Notes under the pieces: generated by a model
Told to the model about the DNA's origin: nothing
Database searches by the model: none
Seen by the model: only the letters and a program-made list of their open reading frames with translations
Position numbers and translations under genes: made by a program
In this document: positions 14,439 through 29,793 of the stretch, piece after piece
Position numbering within the stretch: the stretch's first letter is position 1
Layout: the number at the start of each line of letters is the position of its first letter
Assembly: GCF_009914755.1 (NCBI RefSeq)
Contig: NC_060926.1
Length of the DNA: 64,000 nt
Reading direction: 5' to 3' (one strand)
Source: the human T2T-CHM13v2.0 reference genome, Homo sapiens

Positions 14439-17400
14439 ACAGTGGATACTCTTTTTGATGTGTTGCTAGATTCTGTTTACAAGTATTTTGTTGAGGATTA
14501 TTGCATCAATGTTTATCAAGGATATTGTCCTGAAGTTTTCTCTATTTGTTGTATCTCTGCCAGATTTTGGTATCAGAATAATGCCAGCCTCACAGAATGA
14601 GTTGGGGGGGAGTCCCTCCTCCTCAATTTTTTGGAATAGTTTCAGTAGGAGTGGTACCAGCTCTTTGTACATCTGATAGAAATCAGCTGTGAATCCATCT
14701 GTCCTGGGCTTTCTTTTTTTGGTTGGTAGGCTATTTATTACTGACTCAATTTTGGAGCTCATTATTGGTCTGTTCAGGGAATCAGTTTCTTCCTGGCTCA
14801 GTCTTGGGAGGGTGTATGTGTCCAGGAATTTATCCTCCTCTTCTAGGTTTTCCAGTTTGTGTGCATAGAGGTGTTCATAGTAGTTTCTGATAGTTATTAA
14901 ATTCCTTCTTCTTTTTGTTCCTTTAACTAAGCTACTTCCAATTACCTGTATGTGAGTTTTCTATCATTTCTTCTGCTTGATCTAATCTGATGTTGAACCA
15001 TTCTAGTAAAATTTTTAGTTCAGTTATTGTGTTCTTCAGTTACATGATTTCTTTTTTTACTCTGAGAGAAGCTGGGGCTAGGTAGTCTCTTCCAGATCAT
15101 ATAGCACTGTGCCAGGGTTAGGGATTCTGGTGAGAGGGTGTCCCAAATCTCCCTACCAACTTTAGAGTCTGGTTTTGCATTTACCTGGGGTGCAGTAGCC
15201 TTTCAATTAGTTTTTGAATTTTTCAGAAAGGGAATTTGTAAACTTTTCAGAAAGTGAATTTGTTGCTGAGTCAGTATGTTTTTTGCGGGAAAGGAGGGTC
15301 TAGGGCTCCCTACTATGCCATCTTGCTAATGTCACCTCCTCTATAAATATTTTTTGTTGTCATCTTTTATTTCTTTTTCATCTTAATATTTTTCTGGTTC
15401 TCTTCTGTCATTGTAGTTTCACCTAATATGTCAATAAGCAAATAAAATGTTTTGTATTTTATTTGTAGGTACAGTTTATTTAAATAATGTCTGGTTCTAA
15501 AGATCTTACTTGTCTGCATGTAAATATTTCTTCAGCTTTCTTAGGTACCAGGAAAAAAGTTCATATTATAAGTGAAATTTCACTCTACCAATCAACATTT
15601 ACAAAGGACTTTTCATCTCTGTGCCACCGCTTTCAGAAATGTCCTCCTTGGGCCTGGAGTTTTTTCTTTTTTGAGTGACTTCATAAGTATTTTCTGAGAG
15701 TACTTGAGGGAATGTTATGTTTAGAAACTAAATACATGTATTTTAATTACTATTATCTAAAATACGTATTCAAGAATGATTAACTTACCATGACTATATT
15801 TGAAAATCAGACAAAAGGTCACTCTTAGAGATTAGGGAGAGAAACATGCCAACGGTTTTCTTTTTTTCTTTTTTGAGGGGGAGGGTCCGCAAATGTCCTG
15901 AACCAACATCCTAAGATTTTTGTGTAAGTGTTAAAACACAGAACAAATGTTTCTTATTTCCCACTGCCGCTATCGTCCCTCTACATTGAGATTTTAGTTT
16001 GCTTGATGAGAGAAGCTCTAACTTATATTTTCCTTTGTGGACCATCTAGCAGAGTATTGCACACCTTACAGTGTCCAAATAAATTTATGATTTGAAATTT
16101 TGAAAAGTAACAAATCAGCTATAAATGGAAAAAACTGTGAATAAGTAGAAGACCTAACAAGACAAATAAGCCATATATTTAGCAGATAGAGGCACAAATT
16201 GAGAGGATATTTAATGACATTTCCTATGAACATTTTAAAGTTGTATAAGTGATTATAATAAGCAATCATTAGCCATGTTTTATATTGTTTATCCAAGATA
16301 TTTTAATTTTAACCTGTAGTTAGGTTTAACTACAGAGCTGGTATCTGTTTCCTCCTCGCAGCTATATTCATGTATTCATCTAGGTAAAGATTCAGAATGC
16401 TAAGATAGCATCATTTTGCTTCATTCATATTCCTCAGTGATGATCATACCATATTTCCTCAGCTGATTAAAAAAAGGCAGATTCTTTGTTCTGTCTTGAA
16501 AGGTGATGTGGAATGAACTCAGCCTGCCTTTGTTTGTCCATATCACATGCCATATTAGTCTTAGTGAATAATCAAATGTCAGGAAAGGCTGTCTTTTCTA
16601 GCTCTTGGTGGTGCTGACACACAGAGAAACACAGTGTTTTATACTGTACAAGTTTAAGAGGATACTATATAGAATACAGATTCATAAAAATAAGGTTATA
16701 CAAGTATGCAATAAATTAAACAATGCTGTCATGGATGTGATAAGATATAGGTAGGCAACATCAAACTGTTAGGCTTACTGCTATAGTTTATTCTTTAACT
16801 GATGCAAAATGTAAAATACTCAATTTTCATGTCATTGGAATCTCTTATTATATTTTTTCCCCTCAATTTCATCATGTCTTTAGGTATGTTACAGTTTAAC
16901 CCTACACATGCTTACTATTTATGTTATATATATTGCATATAATTATAGATACAATGTTTGATCCAATTACAGTTTTGGGCTTGATAACAGAAAATCAGTA
17001 ATGCAAACAGAACTGTCTTTTGGACAAATTTTCATTAAAAAAATCCCAAGTCTATAGCAAAGAAAGACTATCTGAATTTAGCTTTTCCTTCTTTCTTTTC
17101 TCTCTATATTTACTTTCTCATTGCTGAGAAAAAAGAAAGATAAAAACTGAGTGTGTTTGACTTGCTCTTTCCATACCTGTTACAGTAAAATTTTTAAAGC
17201 CCAAAATATCAGAGATCTGCTAAGGGGTAGCAGGGCTTGATACTTCATATGCCAAAGAGAATAGGAGAGGGCATGGTGATGTAACTTAAAGTCAGGAAGA
17301 AGACAGATGCTCCTTTAATAGAATATGATCTAAGATTGCACTTCCAAAATAGTGGAGTAATAATCCTGGAAAATCAACTTCTCTGTAGAAGCAATGAGAA

Positions 17401-17763
17401 TGTTGGCAAAAATGGTCAAAATCAATATTTTCAGAAATTTGGAAATTAGGATGTGAACACTTGATGAGCAGTTATTCAAGAAAAGTGACTAAATCTTGGT
17501 AAAACAGTGAGCTTTGTGGTATTTTAACTTGCTCTATTCTCAGCCTCTTTTCACTTGAAGATAGATCAATTGAGGTTTTCTAGTTTGACAAAATGAAAAA
17601 AGAACAATGAGCCTCAGAGACAGAAGGACACCATGAAATATGTCAACAAATGCATAATGGGATTCCCAGATGGAGGGGACAAAGTGAAAGAGGGTGAAAG
17701 AATGTTTGAGGAAATAACATTCAAAGCTTCCCACATTGGCTGAAAATAATTAATCTACACATT

Positions 17764-18131
17764 TCATATGGTTTGGCTCTGTGTCCCCACCCAAATCTCA
17801 TCTTTAGCTCCTGTAATTCCTATGTGTTGTGAGAGGGACCTGATGGGGGATGATTGAATCATAGAGGTAGGTCTTTCCCATGCTGTTCTCATGATAGTGA
17901 ATGGATCTCACAAGTTCTGATAAGGTTAAAAACGGGCGTTTTCCTGCACACGCTCTCTTTTTGCCTGCCATTATCCATGTAAGATGTGACTTGCTCCTCC
18001 TTGCCTTCCGCCATGATTGTGAGGCTTTGCCAGCCATGTGGAACTGTGAGTTCCCCATTAAACCTCTTTCCTTTGTAAACTGCCCAGTCTTGGGTATGTC
18101 TTTATCAGCAGTGTGAAAATGGACTAATATA
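17764..18131 (+). mobile_element. THE1B solo LTR
   Basis: ATATGGTTTGGCTCTGTGTCCCCACCC...GGACTAATATA with CCATGTAAGATGTGACTTGCTCCTCC; TSD ACAT(T/C). Confidence 0.88.
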
Positions 18132-19054
18132 ACATCCAAAAAGCTTAACAAACTCCAAGTAAAACAAACTCAAAGAGATACATATCTAGACACATCCTAA
18201 TCAAACTGTTGAGGGATAAGCAAGAAGACAGAATATAGAAAGAAGACAGAACCAACTCATCACATACAAAAAATTTCAATTTGGTTAACAGCTAATTTCT
18301 CAGCAGAAACCAGGGAGGCCAGAAGGCAGAGGTTTAATGTATTCAAAGTGCTGAAATTAAAAGACTATCAACCAAGAATACAATATTTGACAAAACTATC
18401 CTTTCAAAATGAAGAAGAAATTAAGGCATTCTAAGAATAAATAAAAATGGAGAGAGTTTGTTGCTAGCAGACCTGCCCCACTAAAAATACTGAAGGGAGT
18501 CTTTCAACTGAAATGAAAGGACGTTGTAGAGTAACTTGAATCCATATGAAGAAATAAAGAGCACCAGTAAAATAAATAATAAAGATCAGAGTAGAAATAA
18601 ATAAATAGAAAACAGACAAGCAATACAAAAATTAATGAAAAAGAAGTTTGTTTCTTTATGCCATCAAGAAAATTGACAACCCTTAGCTAGGTTGATCAAG
18701 AAAAAAAGAAATAAAATTCAAATTACTAAAATCAGAAATGAAAGAGAGGAAATCATTTTGACCTTAAAGAAATACAAAAGATTATAAGGGAATACACAAA
18801 TGACCATATAACAAAAATTAGGTAACTTAGATACAATGAATAAAATTACAAAAAGTCACAATCCACTGAATTGGCTCAAGAAGAAATTGAAAACTAGAAA
18901 AGACATGTAATAGGTAAACAGATTGGATATGTCATTTTAAAACTTGCCATAAAGAAAAGCTTGCTGGAGCTCTCTCCAGATTGCTTCAGTGGTGAATTTT
19001 ACCAAATGTTGAAAAAAGAGAATGAGTACTACTTCACAAATTCTTCCAAAATTT

Positions 19055-19425
19055 GTGAAAAAATAGCTCCTCAAAAAAATTCACATCTAAATTCCTGGAA
19101 CCTGTAAATATTACCTCACATGGCAGTCTTTGAGGTGTTATTAAGTCAACCATCTTGACATGGAGAGATGATCCTGGATTATTTGCATGGCCTTAAATGC
19201 AATCATAAGTGTCTTCATAAAAGAGCGGGGTAAACAGACAGAAGAGAAAAGGTAATATGACCATGGAGGCAGAGATTTGAATGATGCAGTCACAAGAGAA
19301 AAAGGAAAATGCTGGCAGCCACCATAAGCTGGAAGATGCAGCAGAAGGATTCTCCTCTAGAGTCGCTAGAGCAAGCATGGCCCTGTTAACACCTTGATTT
19401 AGCCCAGTAACACCAATTTTGTATT
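19055..19425 (+). mobile_element. MLT1D-like LTR, 3'-truncated
   Basis: CCTGGAACCTGTAAATATTACC..ATGGAGGCAGAGATT..GGATTCTCCTCTAGAG..ACACCTTGATTTAGCCCAGT. Confidence 0.75.
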
Positions 19426-19729
19426 TTTACCTTTTTTTTTTTTTTACTTTTTAGGATGGGTCTATGTTGCCCAGGGCATGCACCACCATTCCTGGCAAAC
19501 ATTATATTTTGATGGCAAAATGATGAATGATTCCCCCTACAGTTGGGAACAGCATGTCTGCTCTTATCACTTTAATTCAGCGTTGGACTCTCAGTTATAG
19601 ACAGGGTAATTGGCAAGAAAAATAAATGAAAGGCATCCAGATTGAGAAGGAAGAAATAAAACTCTCCCTATTCACAGAAGGCATGTATAGATAATCTTAA
19701 AAAATCCACTAAAATACTATCAGAATTTC

Positions 19730-21783
19730 GAGCCAAATGGCGGACTGGACACAGCCAGCAAAAACATCTGCCACTGAGAGACTAGGACATTGGGAAGACT
19801 GGCATTGGCACACTCTAAGCAGATCTTCGAAGGGAATGCATTGGGACTGGACAGAGGGAGGATGCAGACACTGGGCTGAAGGAGGAGGAAGCTGGGAACC
19901 CTGCACAGAGCTACTGAGCACCGGGACTCATTCTGGGCTCTCAGCGACTTCTGGGGAAGGAGTGAGTTGAATAGTCCAGGAATGGCCAACTCTTGCCACA
20001 GACCTCTGGAACTTGACTGGCACTTGAGCTGGCATGGACACTTGAGCTGGCAAAGAGAGCCGCTTAAAGAGATGGTAGGAACAGGACTCCAGGCTGCGTG
20101 GAGCCCAGAGGTTTTGGTGAGGGAATGTCTGCAGTGGAATATGGCCAGGGACACCCATCTTCTAAGGCTTGCCATGCTTCTCTAGGACACTTTGGCCACA
20201 GGGTGACTGTCTGACCTAGAGAGAGCAGGACAAGCTCTCTGGTGAGATAAATCCAGTCCTATCTGAATGCCCAGGCCATTCTCAGGGCCCCAGCCTGGCC
20301 ATGCTCGCAGAAAGCCCAGCCTCAGCTGCCCAACCAGGGTGCTTCCTGGGTGCCTTCATTATAGCTCTTTTGCTGGAAGACTCTGCCTGATCATCAGAGA
20401 GCTCCAACAGAGCAATCTCCATCAACATGCACCAGCCCACCTGCACCCTCCTCCCACTGCAGCCTCCGCTGTGCTGCTTTGCCAGCACATGCTTGCCCAT
20501 GGCCACCTCCTTACTGCTTTGCTGGAGCATGTACACAGGCTGACCTCTTCTTCCCTCCCCCGCTGACATGCATGTGCACATGCGTTCTGTTGCACCACTG
20601 CTGCTGGCATGAATGCAACCTGCTTACATTCCACTGACACATGGGCACTCATGGATGTCAGCAACTCCACGGCTCCACCAGCAACTCCACACCACTGCTG
20701 TTGGTGTAAATGAGTGCACAGACACCAGTGTCCCTGTCCACTGCCTTTGCAATGACACCACCAATAGTGTAAATGCACACACAGGTGCTAGCAGCCCTGC
20801 TCTCCTACACCAACACTATCACTGGCTGAAATGTGCTCATGGATGCTGGCAGTCTGTTCCCCACCAACACTGCCACTGCTGCCTCTGTGAACATGCGCAC
20901 AGAGGCCAGCAGCCTGCACCCACTAATGCCTTGCCTAGACTGCCACCACTGCTATTGCAAGTGCAAGTATGGACACCAGCAATCACTTCCACCTGTGCCC
21001 AGTCACTGGTGCAAGCACATGCAGGAACACCACGGTCCTGCTTCTGCTGGTTCCCCATCCCTGGCAATGCACATGCACCCTGCCATGCTGCCATGGCTGT
21101 GGGCACATGTGAGTGAGCATGGATGCCACTGCCACCACCCTGATGAAGTGCTTTGGCTGGCACCACCCTTCATAGTATTGTGGCTAGCAGACCAGGAACA
21201 CCTGAGCCCCTCCAGTGTAGCAGGTTCCTAGCCATGAGGGTCCACAGAACAAAGCTGGAGGCCTGGTATCAGCCCACAGAGTTAGAGTACACAGACCAGG
21301 AGTGCTGAGCTGTACCTTGGCCTACTAAAATCTTCCAGAAATGAACGCAGTCAACTGAACCCACCTTATACCACAATCAAACTTCCAAGGGCATCAAAGA
21401 AGATAAAAGCGAAAAACAATCTATCCAAAGGACAGCAACTTCGAAGATTGAAGGAACATAATCCAACACAGATGAGAAAGAACCAGTGCAAGAACTCTAA
21501 TGACTCCAAAAGCCAGAGTGCCTTCTTGACTCCGAACAACCATGCAAATTTCCCAGCAATGGTTTTTAACCAGGATGAAATGGTTGGAATGACAGAAATA
21601 GAGTTCAGAATATGGACAGGAACAAAGAGCATCTACGTTCAGGAGAAAGTTGAAACCCAATCCAAGGAAGCTAAGGAATACAATAAAATGATACAGGTGA
21701 TGAAAAATGAAATGGTCATTTTAAGAAAGAACCAAACTGACATAATCGAGCTGAAAAGCTCACTTCAAAAATTTCATAATACA
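19730..21783 (+). mobile_element. L1P4/L1PA13-16-type 5'UTR plus ORF1 N-terminus (3'-truncated)
   Basis: Starts GAGCCAAATGGCGGACTGGACACAGC; long GC-rich 5'UTR with degenerate internal repeats; ORF 21448-21798 MRKNQCKNSNDSKSQSAF..EMVGMTEIEFRIW is ORF1p-like. Confidence 0.8.
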
Positions 21784-21784
21784 G

Positions 21785-22250
<466 letters not shown>

Positions 22251-22507
22251 AGAAGTACTGATCAAAATAAACATTATGGATTTTAACCAACTACAAATCA
22301 GATGAAATAACACTAGGAATGTTGTATTGTTTTCTTACATGAAGCCATCCACTTCTGGTAAATTTAGCCTTGGGTGAATGTGCTTTAGAAGTTGAGATTC
22401 ATTCTTTAAAATACTAGAGAGTTTACTACCATATTTTTGCTTATTTTTATATTTTACCTTTCTTAACGTCTTTGGCTGCCTCATATTAACTTAATCCAGA
22501 ACATTTT

Positions 22508-23011
22508 TGTGTTAGTTTCTTATTGATGCTGTAACATATTACCAGAAACTTAGTGGCTTAAAGCAATACACATTTATTTTCTTACCATTGCAGAGGCCAA
22601 AAGTCTGAGATTAGCTTCACTGGGCTAAAGTCTAAGTGTGGCCCTGGCTGGGTTTTCTGGAGGTTCTGGAGTGGTGGTAGTGAGGGAGGAATGCATTTCC
22701 TTGCTTTTCTAGCTTTTGGTTGCTGCCTGCATTCCTTGACTTCACCTCTTCTTCACATCATTCCAATCTCTGGCTTCTGTCATCGAATTTCCTTCTCCTC
22801 TTGTGTTGTCAAATCTCCCTCCACCTTCCTATTATAAGTAAATTTATGGTTACATTTAGGGCCCACCTGCATAATCCAGGCTAATCTCTCTATTATAAGA
22901 TTCTCAACTGAATCATATCTGTAAAGTTCCTTCTGCCATTTAACGAATCTTGAACAGGTTGCAGGAATTAGGACCTGAATATCTTTGTGGGCTATTATTC
23001 AGTTTATCACA
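22508..23011 (-). mobile_element. MLT1D-like LTR
   Basis: TGTGTTAGTTTCTTATTGATGCTGTAACATATTACCAGAAACTTAGTGGCTTAAAGCAA..GGGCCCACCTGCATAATCCAGG. Confidence 0.8.
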
Positions 23012-23239
23012 ATATATAAAACATTTCTTTTCAAAGGCACTTAACCTTATTTCTGTTTTGTGCCAGTGCTTTTCTGTCCAAAATGCAAAGTTTATCCTAT
23101 CACCAACTTTGGATCTGAAATTTTATAGAAAGGACACTCAGGCAACTGTCACCCTTTCTGGGATGTTCCCTGTTTATATGGTGTAAAGTGCTTCAACTTC
23201 CCAGGCATAAAGCGTCTTGGTGCTATGGATACATTTAAA

Positions 23240-23280
23240 CCAGCCAGCCAACCAACCAACCAACCAACCAACCAAACAAC
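23240..23280. repeat. (CCAA)n microsatellite
   Basis: CCAGCCAGCCAACCAACCAACCAACCAACCAACCAAACAAC. Confidence 0.9.
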
Positions 23281-26174
23281 ACAAATACTCTTAACTCTTA
23301 AAAAGACATATCCTAATTTTTCTTCAAAAGAAGTATTATCTCTTTTTCTTCTTAACACTTTGTTCTGTTTTTGTTGATCTCGTTTCTCAAATCCCATATA
23401 GGTGGTATTTTGTTTGCTTAAGCAGGGTCTACAACTCTGCTATAGTAAGAGGACTGGAACCAGGACTGGGCTCTTTGCTCCCCACGTCCTAAAATATGCC
23501 CTTTTTGCTCCACATTCTTAGACCTTGCTTAACCCCAGTGGTCCCTATTTTCCCAAGGAAGGAGAGTTCCCATGGTATTTTTTGCTTGCCAGTTTCTGGT
23601 TCTTATGGTTCTTTCATTGGCGATAATCGTTCCTCTCTGAGTTCTTAGCGATAAAGACAAGCGGGTAGTTGGGGCACCATGAATCTTTCTATCAACTGAC
23701 CCCTGATTTCACTCAGATTATATTAGAAGTCTCTTTACTACAGCAGGATTTTACTTCAGAAGAAAAAAGATGATACAGAGTAAGAACATGCAGTAATTGG
23801 AGGTGAACAGTGGCAAATGGCCATATAATCCCTCAATCTTGGGGATGTGTATTTGTCCATTTCATTTAAACATGGGGAGGATTAGTGTTCTGAAAATCCA
23901 AATTAAATTATGCAAACACTATCTGTATATAGAATAAAAAGACTGAAAAACTAACTAGAATTAATTGGAATTCCTAACCAATTTTCTGCACATTCTTTCT
24001 GCTTTGTTATGATTTTCCTTTTGGAAATGGACTAATGTAACCTACTAATCTTAGGCAGAATTGCTTACTTTCTAGGATAGCAAAGTAATTAAAGACTTGT
24101 TTTTATGAGAGAATTTTATTTTTGTTCCTGTCTGGAATAGAGTAAACAAAGATCTAATTTACGTCAACAAAACACTTTATAAAGCTGAGTAAATGACAAT
24201 GTCAATAAACACATGAAAGGAAGATTTGCTTCCAATTCATTGGAATTCATTGACCTGACAAAATCTCATATCAACATTTCTTCCGGAACTAAAGCTTTGG
24301 ATAAAGTAAAAATGTATTAGCACACTCTTTTTGCCTCTATCTTTTTGCATCCTCATTTCTCTCCATCTTTTTCCTGTGTAACGAAGTGACATTCAGGCAA
24401 CACAAAGATGGGCAGCAGTTAGAAAAGGACAGGCCCCCTAATGGATTCTCAATGTTTGGTTATAAAGTCGGATTACTTGCTGGCACCTAACATTAGACTA
24501 CTTGATGCAAAACCTCCGTTCCAGCCTGATGCTCCATTCCATCAAGCTAATTATCCCAAGCTAGAAGCACAGAGGGGTCACTTATGTGTGGGCCTTCCCT
24601 GTTAAAGCAATTTTTTTTTATGGGCCAAGGAGGAAAGTCTTCAATTTGGACTCGTACAGAGGATTTCCTTTGTCCTGTGAAACAGTCAGATGTTCAGGAA
24701 TGATCCTTTATTTACACAGGAAGTTTCTAACAATAGATCCTGATTCTGCTATTAGGTTTCCTCTTTCTCATTTATTCTAAGAGAATTTGAAATTCAAAAA
24801 GAAAAGAGAAGAACTGTGAAAAAGCATGATGTCTTGAATGTGCTATTGAAGTGAAGATTAACCTTTATAACAGGGCATCTGCTATGCCACAGCTCTATGT
24901 GTAAAGTCTGTTTACTAAAGAGGGCATTAATCAAGACATAGGCATCCATTTATAATCTCTTTGCACTGTTGCTAACTCCAGAGTGAGCTAGTGAGTAAGA
25001 TGGCTGAAGCCTGACAGCTAATTTAAAGCCAGGGTCTTCACTGTCCAGAGATTTATCAGAGAGTCAAGCAGCTTGTATCTTTTATGACTTGCACCTTCTT
25101 CTTTTTCAGAGGTAGTAAATGAAAAAGATGGAAAAAGGAGGTGCCAATCTATTGCAGCTGTGTAAAATCACATAAACACCATGCCCTGGGCTTTCATTAT
25201 AACACCACCTTGTTAGCTAATTACTGTCAGCATTAAATTACAGAGTCAGGAGGACCCACTCAATACCAATTCATTCATTTCAGGTCACAGTTTGGCAGAA
25301 AACATGTAGCGAAAGGCCAAACCTTTATCCACTGAACCTTTTATTTGTGACTAAACAAAAGTCTTGACAAGTAATATAACTTGCATCAAGCAGGGCTACA
25401 GCAAAGGCCGATTAATAGTTTTTTGTTTATTTAATAAAGATTTGCTTTATCCTCTAGTCTACTTGACAGGACTTATCATTTTGCATACCAAAAGACACAA
25501 AAGCTTGTAGATTATTTTTTTCTCAATTCAAGCATTGTGTCTAAGTATTACCAACCTTACAATCAATGAGTAACATGATTAAAAAAATAAGCTCAACATT
25601 TTACATTTCTCAGATCTGAGCAGTTGGTTTTCCATACTGTGCTGTGGAGGTAAATTTTTGGTGGGGTTGGTTTTATAATACGTTGATTGGAGAGATTTAC
25701 TATCACAACCTTTTAAAATTCCATTATTGTACAATTTAGAACACAGGTGGTGAGACCAAAATGGGCTTTTCAGAAGTGTAGAAAGCTTTTAATCTGCTTA
25801 GGTATTTTCTGGGATGAAAAGGTATATAAAGCTACTAACTTTGCAGAGGGGTTGATTTTCTTTTTTACTATCTAGCTGTCATTCTTCAAACAGCTTATTT
25901 AGGGAAAAAAATCAAATGTATTTCAGCCTCGTATATATGGTTGGCAGTCTGTCATAGCTTCTTAAAGTGATTTTCTGATTATATAGAAGATTGACATGAG
26001 AAATTCAAAATCAACATATCTTAAACTCATGCCGGTGAGTTTGAATGATGATATTAATCCATAAGAATCAATTTCTTCTGATTTGCTGTGCTTGGGTTTT
26101 ACAACATAAGGAAAATGCATTTGGTGAAAACACTTCTTGCTTTGAGTGAAGAGTTATTCAAACCTTAATCAAGC

Positions 26175-26385
26175 AAGAGCCTAGACTAGGCACTTTCTCA
26201 CATATGACCTTATTTATTTAATTCTCACAAGTATGGTGTGAGTTACAGATAATTCTGTATTACAGATGAGGAGAGTCAAGCTAAGCGAAGTTAAATATCT
26301 TCCTGAAGGCCACATGCTCTTAAGAGAATTGAAACACAAGTATTCTAACTTGAAAGTCACTGACTTTTCTGCTAGAACACTGTCC
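26175..26385 (-). mobile_element. MIR
   Basis: TTACAGATGAGGAGAGTCAAGCT..GAAGTTAAATATCTTCCTGAAGGCCACA is the MIR core in antisense. Confidence 0.7.
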
Positions 26386-26838
26386 CTTCTGAACACAAAT
26401 TGTCAGGAGGGTAAGATTATATCTCTTGTTGAGCTCATCATTGCTGTTCTCAATGGTCAATTTTAAAATGCAGCGCCCCCCAGGAAGGTTTCTGGAAGCA
26501 TACTCTTGTTCTCTGTTAATTGGCAAACCAAGAGTTCTTCTTCAATTCATGGATGGCTTTGGTAGCTTTCACACTTGTGAACATAAACAGTTCACTCAGG
26601 TGTTGCTCTGATTTGCCCACTGTGTTTTCTCTCATTTTAAGTCAACCGGAAGACAAATAAATACTCATGACAAGTTGTTAACAGAGTGGAAACTGCTAAT
26701 TAGAGGGTTTAACGGAAGTGGGTGAGTATGAAAATGTAGTAGTCTGTGGGAGTCCTCTGATTGTAGACCTCTGAGACTTGGCGGAGATTGGGGCCCGGCA
26801 GCTACATTTACAATACAAACGTTGTACATCTGCCCCTC

Positions 26839-27193
26839 TGATATGGTTTGGCTGTGTTCCCACACAAATCTCAACTTGAATTGTGTCTCCCAGAATTCCC
26901 ACGTATTGTGGGAGGGACCCAGGAAGAGGTAAGTGAATCATGGGGGCTGGTCTTTCCCGTGCTATTCTCGTGATAGTGAATAAGTCTCACGAGCTCTGAT
27001 GTGTTTATCAGGGGTTTCTGCTTTTGCTTCTTCCTCATTTTTCTCTTGCTGCCACCACGTAAGAAGTGCCTTTTGCCTCCCACCATTATTCTGAGGCCTC
27101 CTCAGCCATGTGGAACTGTAAGTCCAATTAAATCTTTTTTTGTTCCCAGTTTTGGGTATGTCTTTATCAGCTGTGTGAAAATGGACTAATAGA
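26839..27193 (+). mobile_element. THE1A solo LTR
   Basis: TGATATGGTTTGGCTGTG...GGACTAATAGA; perfect 5-bp TSD CCCTC (26834-26838, 27194-27198). Confidence 0.92.
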
Positions 27194-27369
27194 CCCTCCT
27201 TTATTAGGGCCTAGTGAAAGGTAACCTTTCTACTATGATGGATTTCATAATTGTAAAATGGTTGCTAGTAAGGCATCACTTTTACAAATATGTTTTGTGT
27301 CTTGTCTATACTATTTTCCTAATGAAATCAGGGTGAGGCAGGCTTTTTGAGTGTCTCGGAAGGGCTTGG

Positions 27370-28228
<859 letters not shown>

Positions 28229-28284
28229 AAAACACTGGCACTCTTAAATGATTTCTAAATTTGGTGATGGTGCTGCTGTTATAT

Positions 28285-28493
28285 TTTATTTTTTTGATAC
28301 AGACTCTTGCTCTGTAGTGCAGCCTGGGGTGCAGTGATGCAATCATGGCTCACTGCAGCCTCAAACTCCTGGGCTCAAGCTATCCTCCCGCCTTGGCCTC
28401 CTGAGTATCTGGACTATAGGTGTGTGACACCACACTCAGATGATTTTTTTTTCTTTTTCGATAGAGATGGGGTCTTGCTTTGTTGCTTAGGCC
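28285..28493 (-). mobile_element. Partial AluJ
   Basis: CACTGCAGCCTCAAACTCCTGGGCTCAAGC. Confidence 0.8.
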
Positions 28494-28544
28494 TGCTGTC
28501 ATCGTTTAATGTTTATAAGTAACTAAATTGATCAACCTTGGTTT

Positions 28545-28940
28545 TAAGCTGGATGCCCCAGGGAAAGAGATGCTGAGATGGAAATCTGTGGAGAATCGCT
28601 CTCAAAATCAATACCTATAGGGCAGTGAAGAAAGCAGGACTGGGCAGAGAGAGGAGGTGGGCTGTGCTGCAATCAAGATAGAAGAATCAAGCCAGCCCAT
28701 GGGGCACTAAGGACTTGGATGACTCTTGCGAGGGGTTGAATTTTTATAACTCTGTGGCCAGTCACTGGATGTGGTCTGCTTCCAGGGAGGTGGAGAGACT
28801 GTCTTAGGCTCTGGGCAATTCCTGGAGTGGGATTCAGCTAAAAGACATCAGCTGCGATAGTCTCGCAACTAGGGGAATGAATGCTTTATTCTATGAGAAC
28901 TCAGCCGAGTGATCAGATGCAAGAGGGCATCCACTATCAC
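28545..28940. mobile_element. Old ERVL LTR (LTR33/LTR16-like)
   Basis: GTGAAGAAAGCAGGACTGGGCAGAGAGAGGAGGTGGGCTGTGCTGCA resembles ERVL LTR33-group sequence; highly diverged. Confidence 0.45.
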
Positions 28941-29004
28941 TAAAGACATTAAAATCCCCCTGAGTACACTCTTGTAGCGTAATCACGTTCATGTACAGAC
29001 TCTC

Positions 29005-29365
29005 TTAGGCCTTTGCACTTGCTTTTTCCTCTGCCTGGTTATTCTTTACCCGGATCTTTTATGCTGCTGAATTTTTTCTTGATACTTGGTTTTCACTTCT
29101 AATATCTCCACCGAGAAGGCTTTTCTGACTACCCTGTGTAATCAGCCACCACTCCTAACAGTCACTGTCTAGGACATCACCCTGTTTTCTTTTCTTTATA
29201 TAGTGGAATAAGATAAATATAAATCTCATTATCTGTCCTCCCATCCCTAAAATGTGAGCTCCAGGGACCTTTTTCTGTCTTGTTCACTGCTGCATCCCCT
29301 GTAGGCAGAACAGGGCAGATCACATAGTAGATGAACAATCAATATTTGATGAGTAAATAAATAAA
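29005..29365 (+). mobile_element. L2a 3' end
   Basis: GGCCTTTGCACTTGCT..CCTCTGCCTGG..TGTCTTGTTCACTGCTGCATCCCC..TCAATATTTGATGAGTAAAT. Confidence 0.8.
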
Positions 29366-29460
29366 AATGAAATTTAAGAAAATGGATACCAGAAAAATTA
29401 GAATTTTTCAAATAACAAATTTTGAGAAATTATTTTGCTTTTGACACTGGTAAAAAATCA

Positions 29461-29793
<333 letters not shown>

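Larger units (their letters stand above)
17340..19730 (+). mobile_element. Old L1M (L1MC/MD-like) ORF1-ORF2 fragments, interrupted by THE1B and MLT1D
   Basis: A-rich sense L1 sequence, e.g. AAAGGCATCCAGATTGAGAAGGAAGAAATAAAACTCTCCCTATTCACAGA. Confidence 0.7.

Noticed and set aside
19700-21240. Many overlapping GC-rich, His/Cys-rich ORFs and degenerate tandem repeats
   Set aside because: They lie in an L1 5'UTR directly upstream of L1 ORF1.
25927-26034. Possible + strand exon (TTTCAG| ... CCG|GTGAGT)
   Set aside because: Splice-like motifs alone are common; no coding or transcript evidence available.
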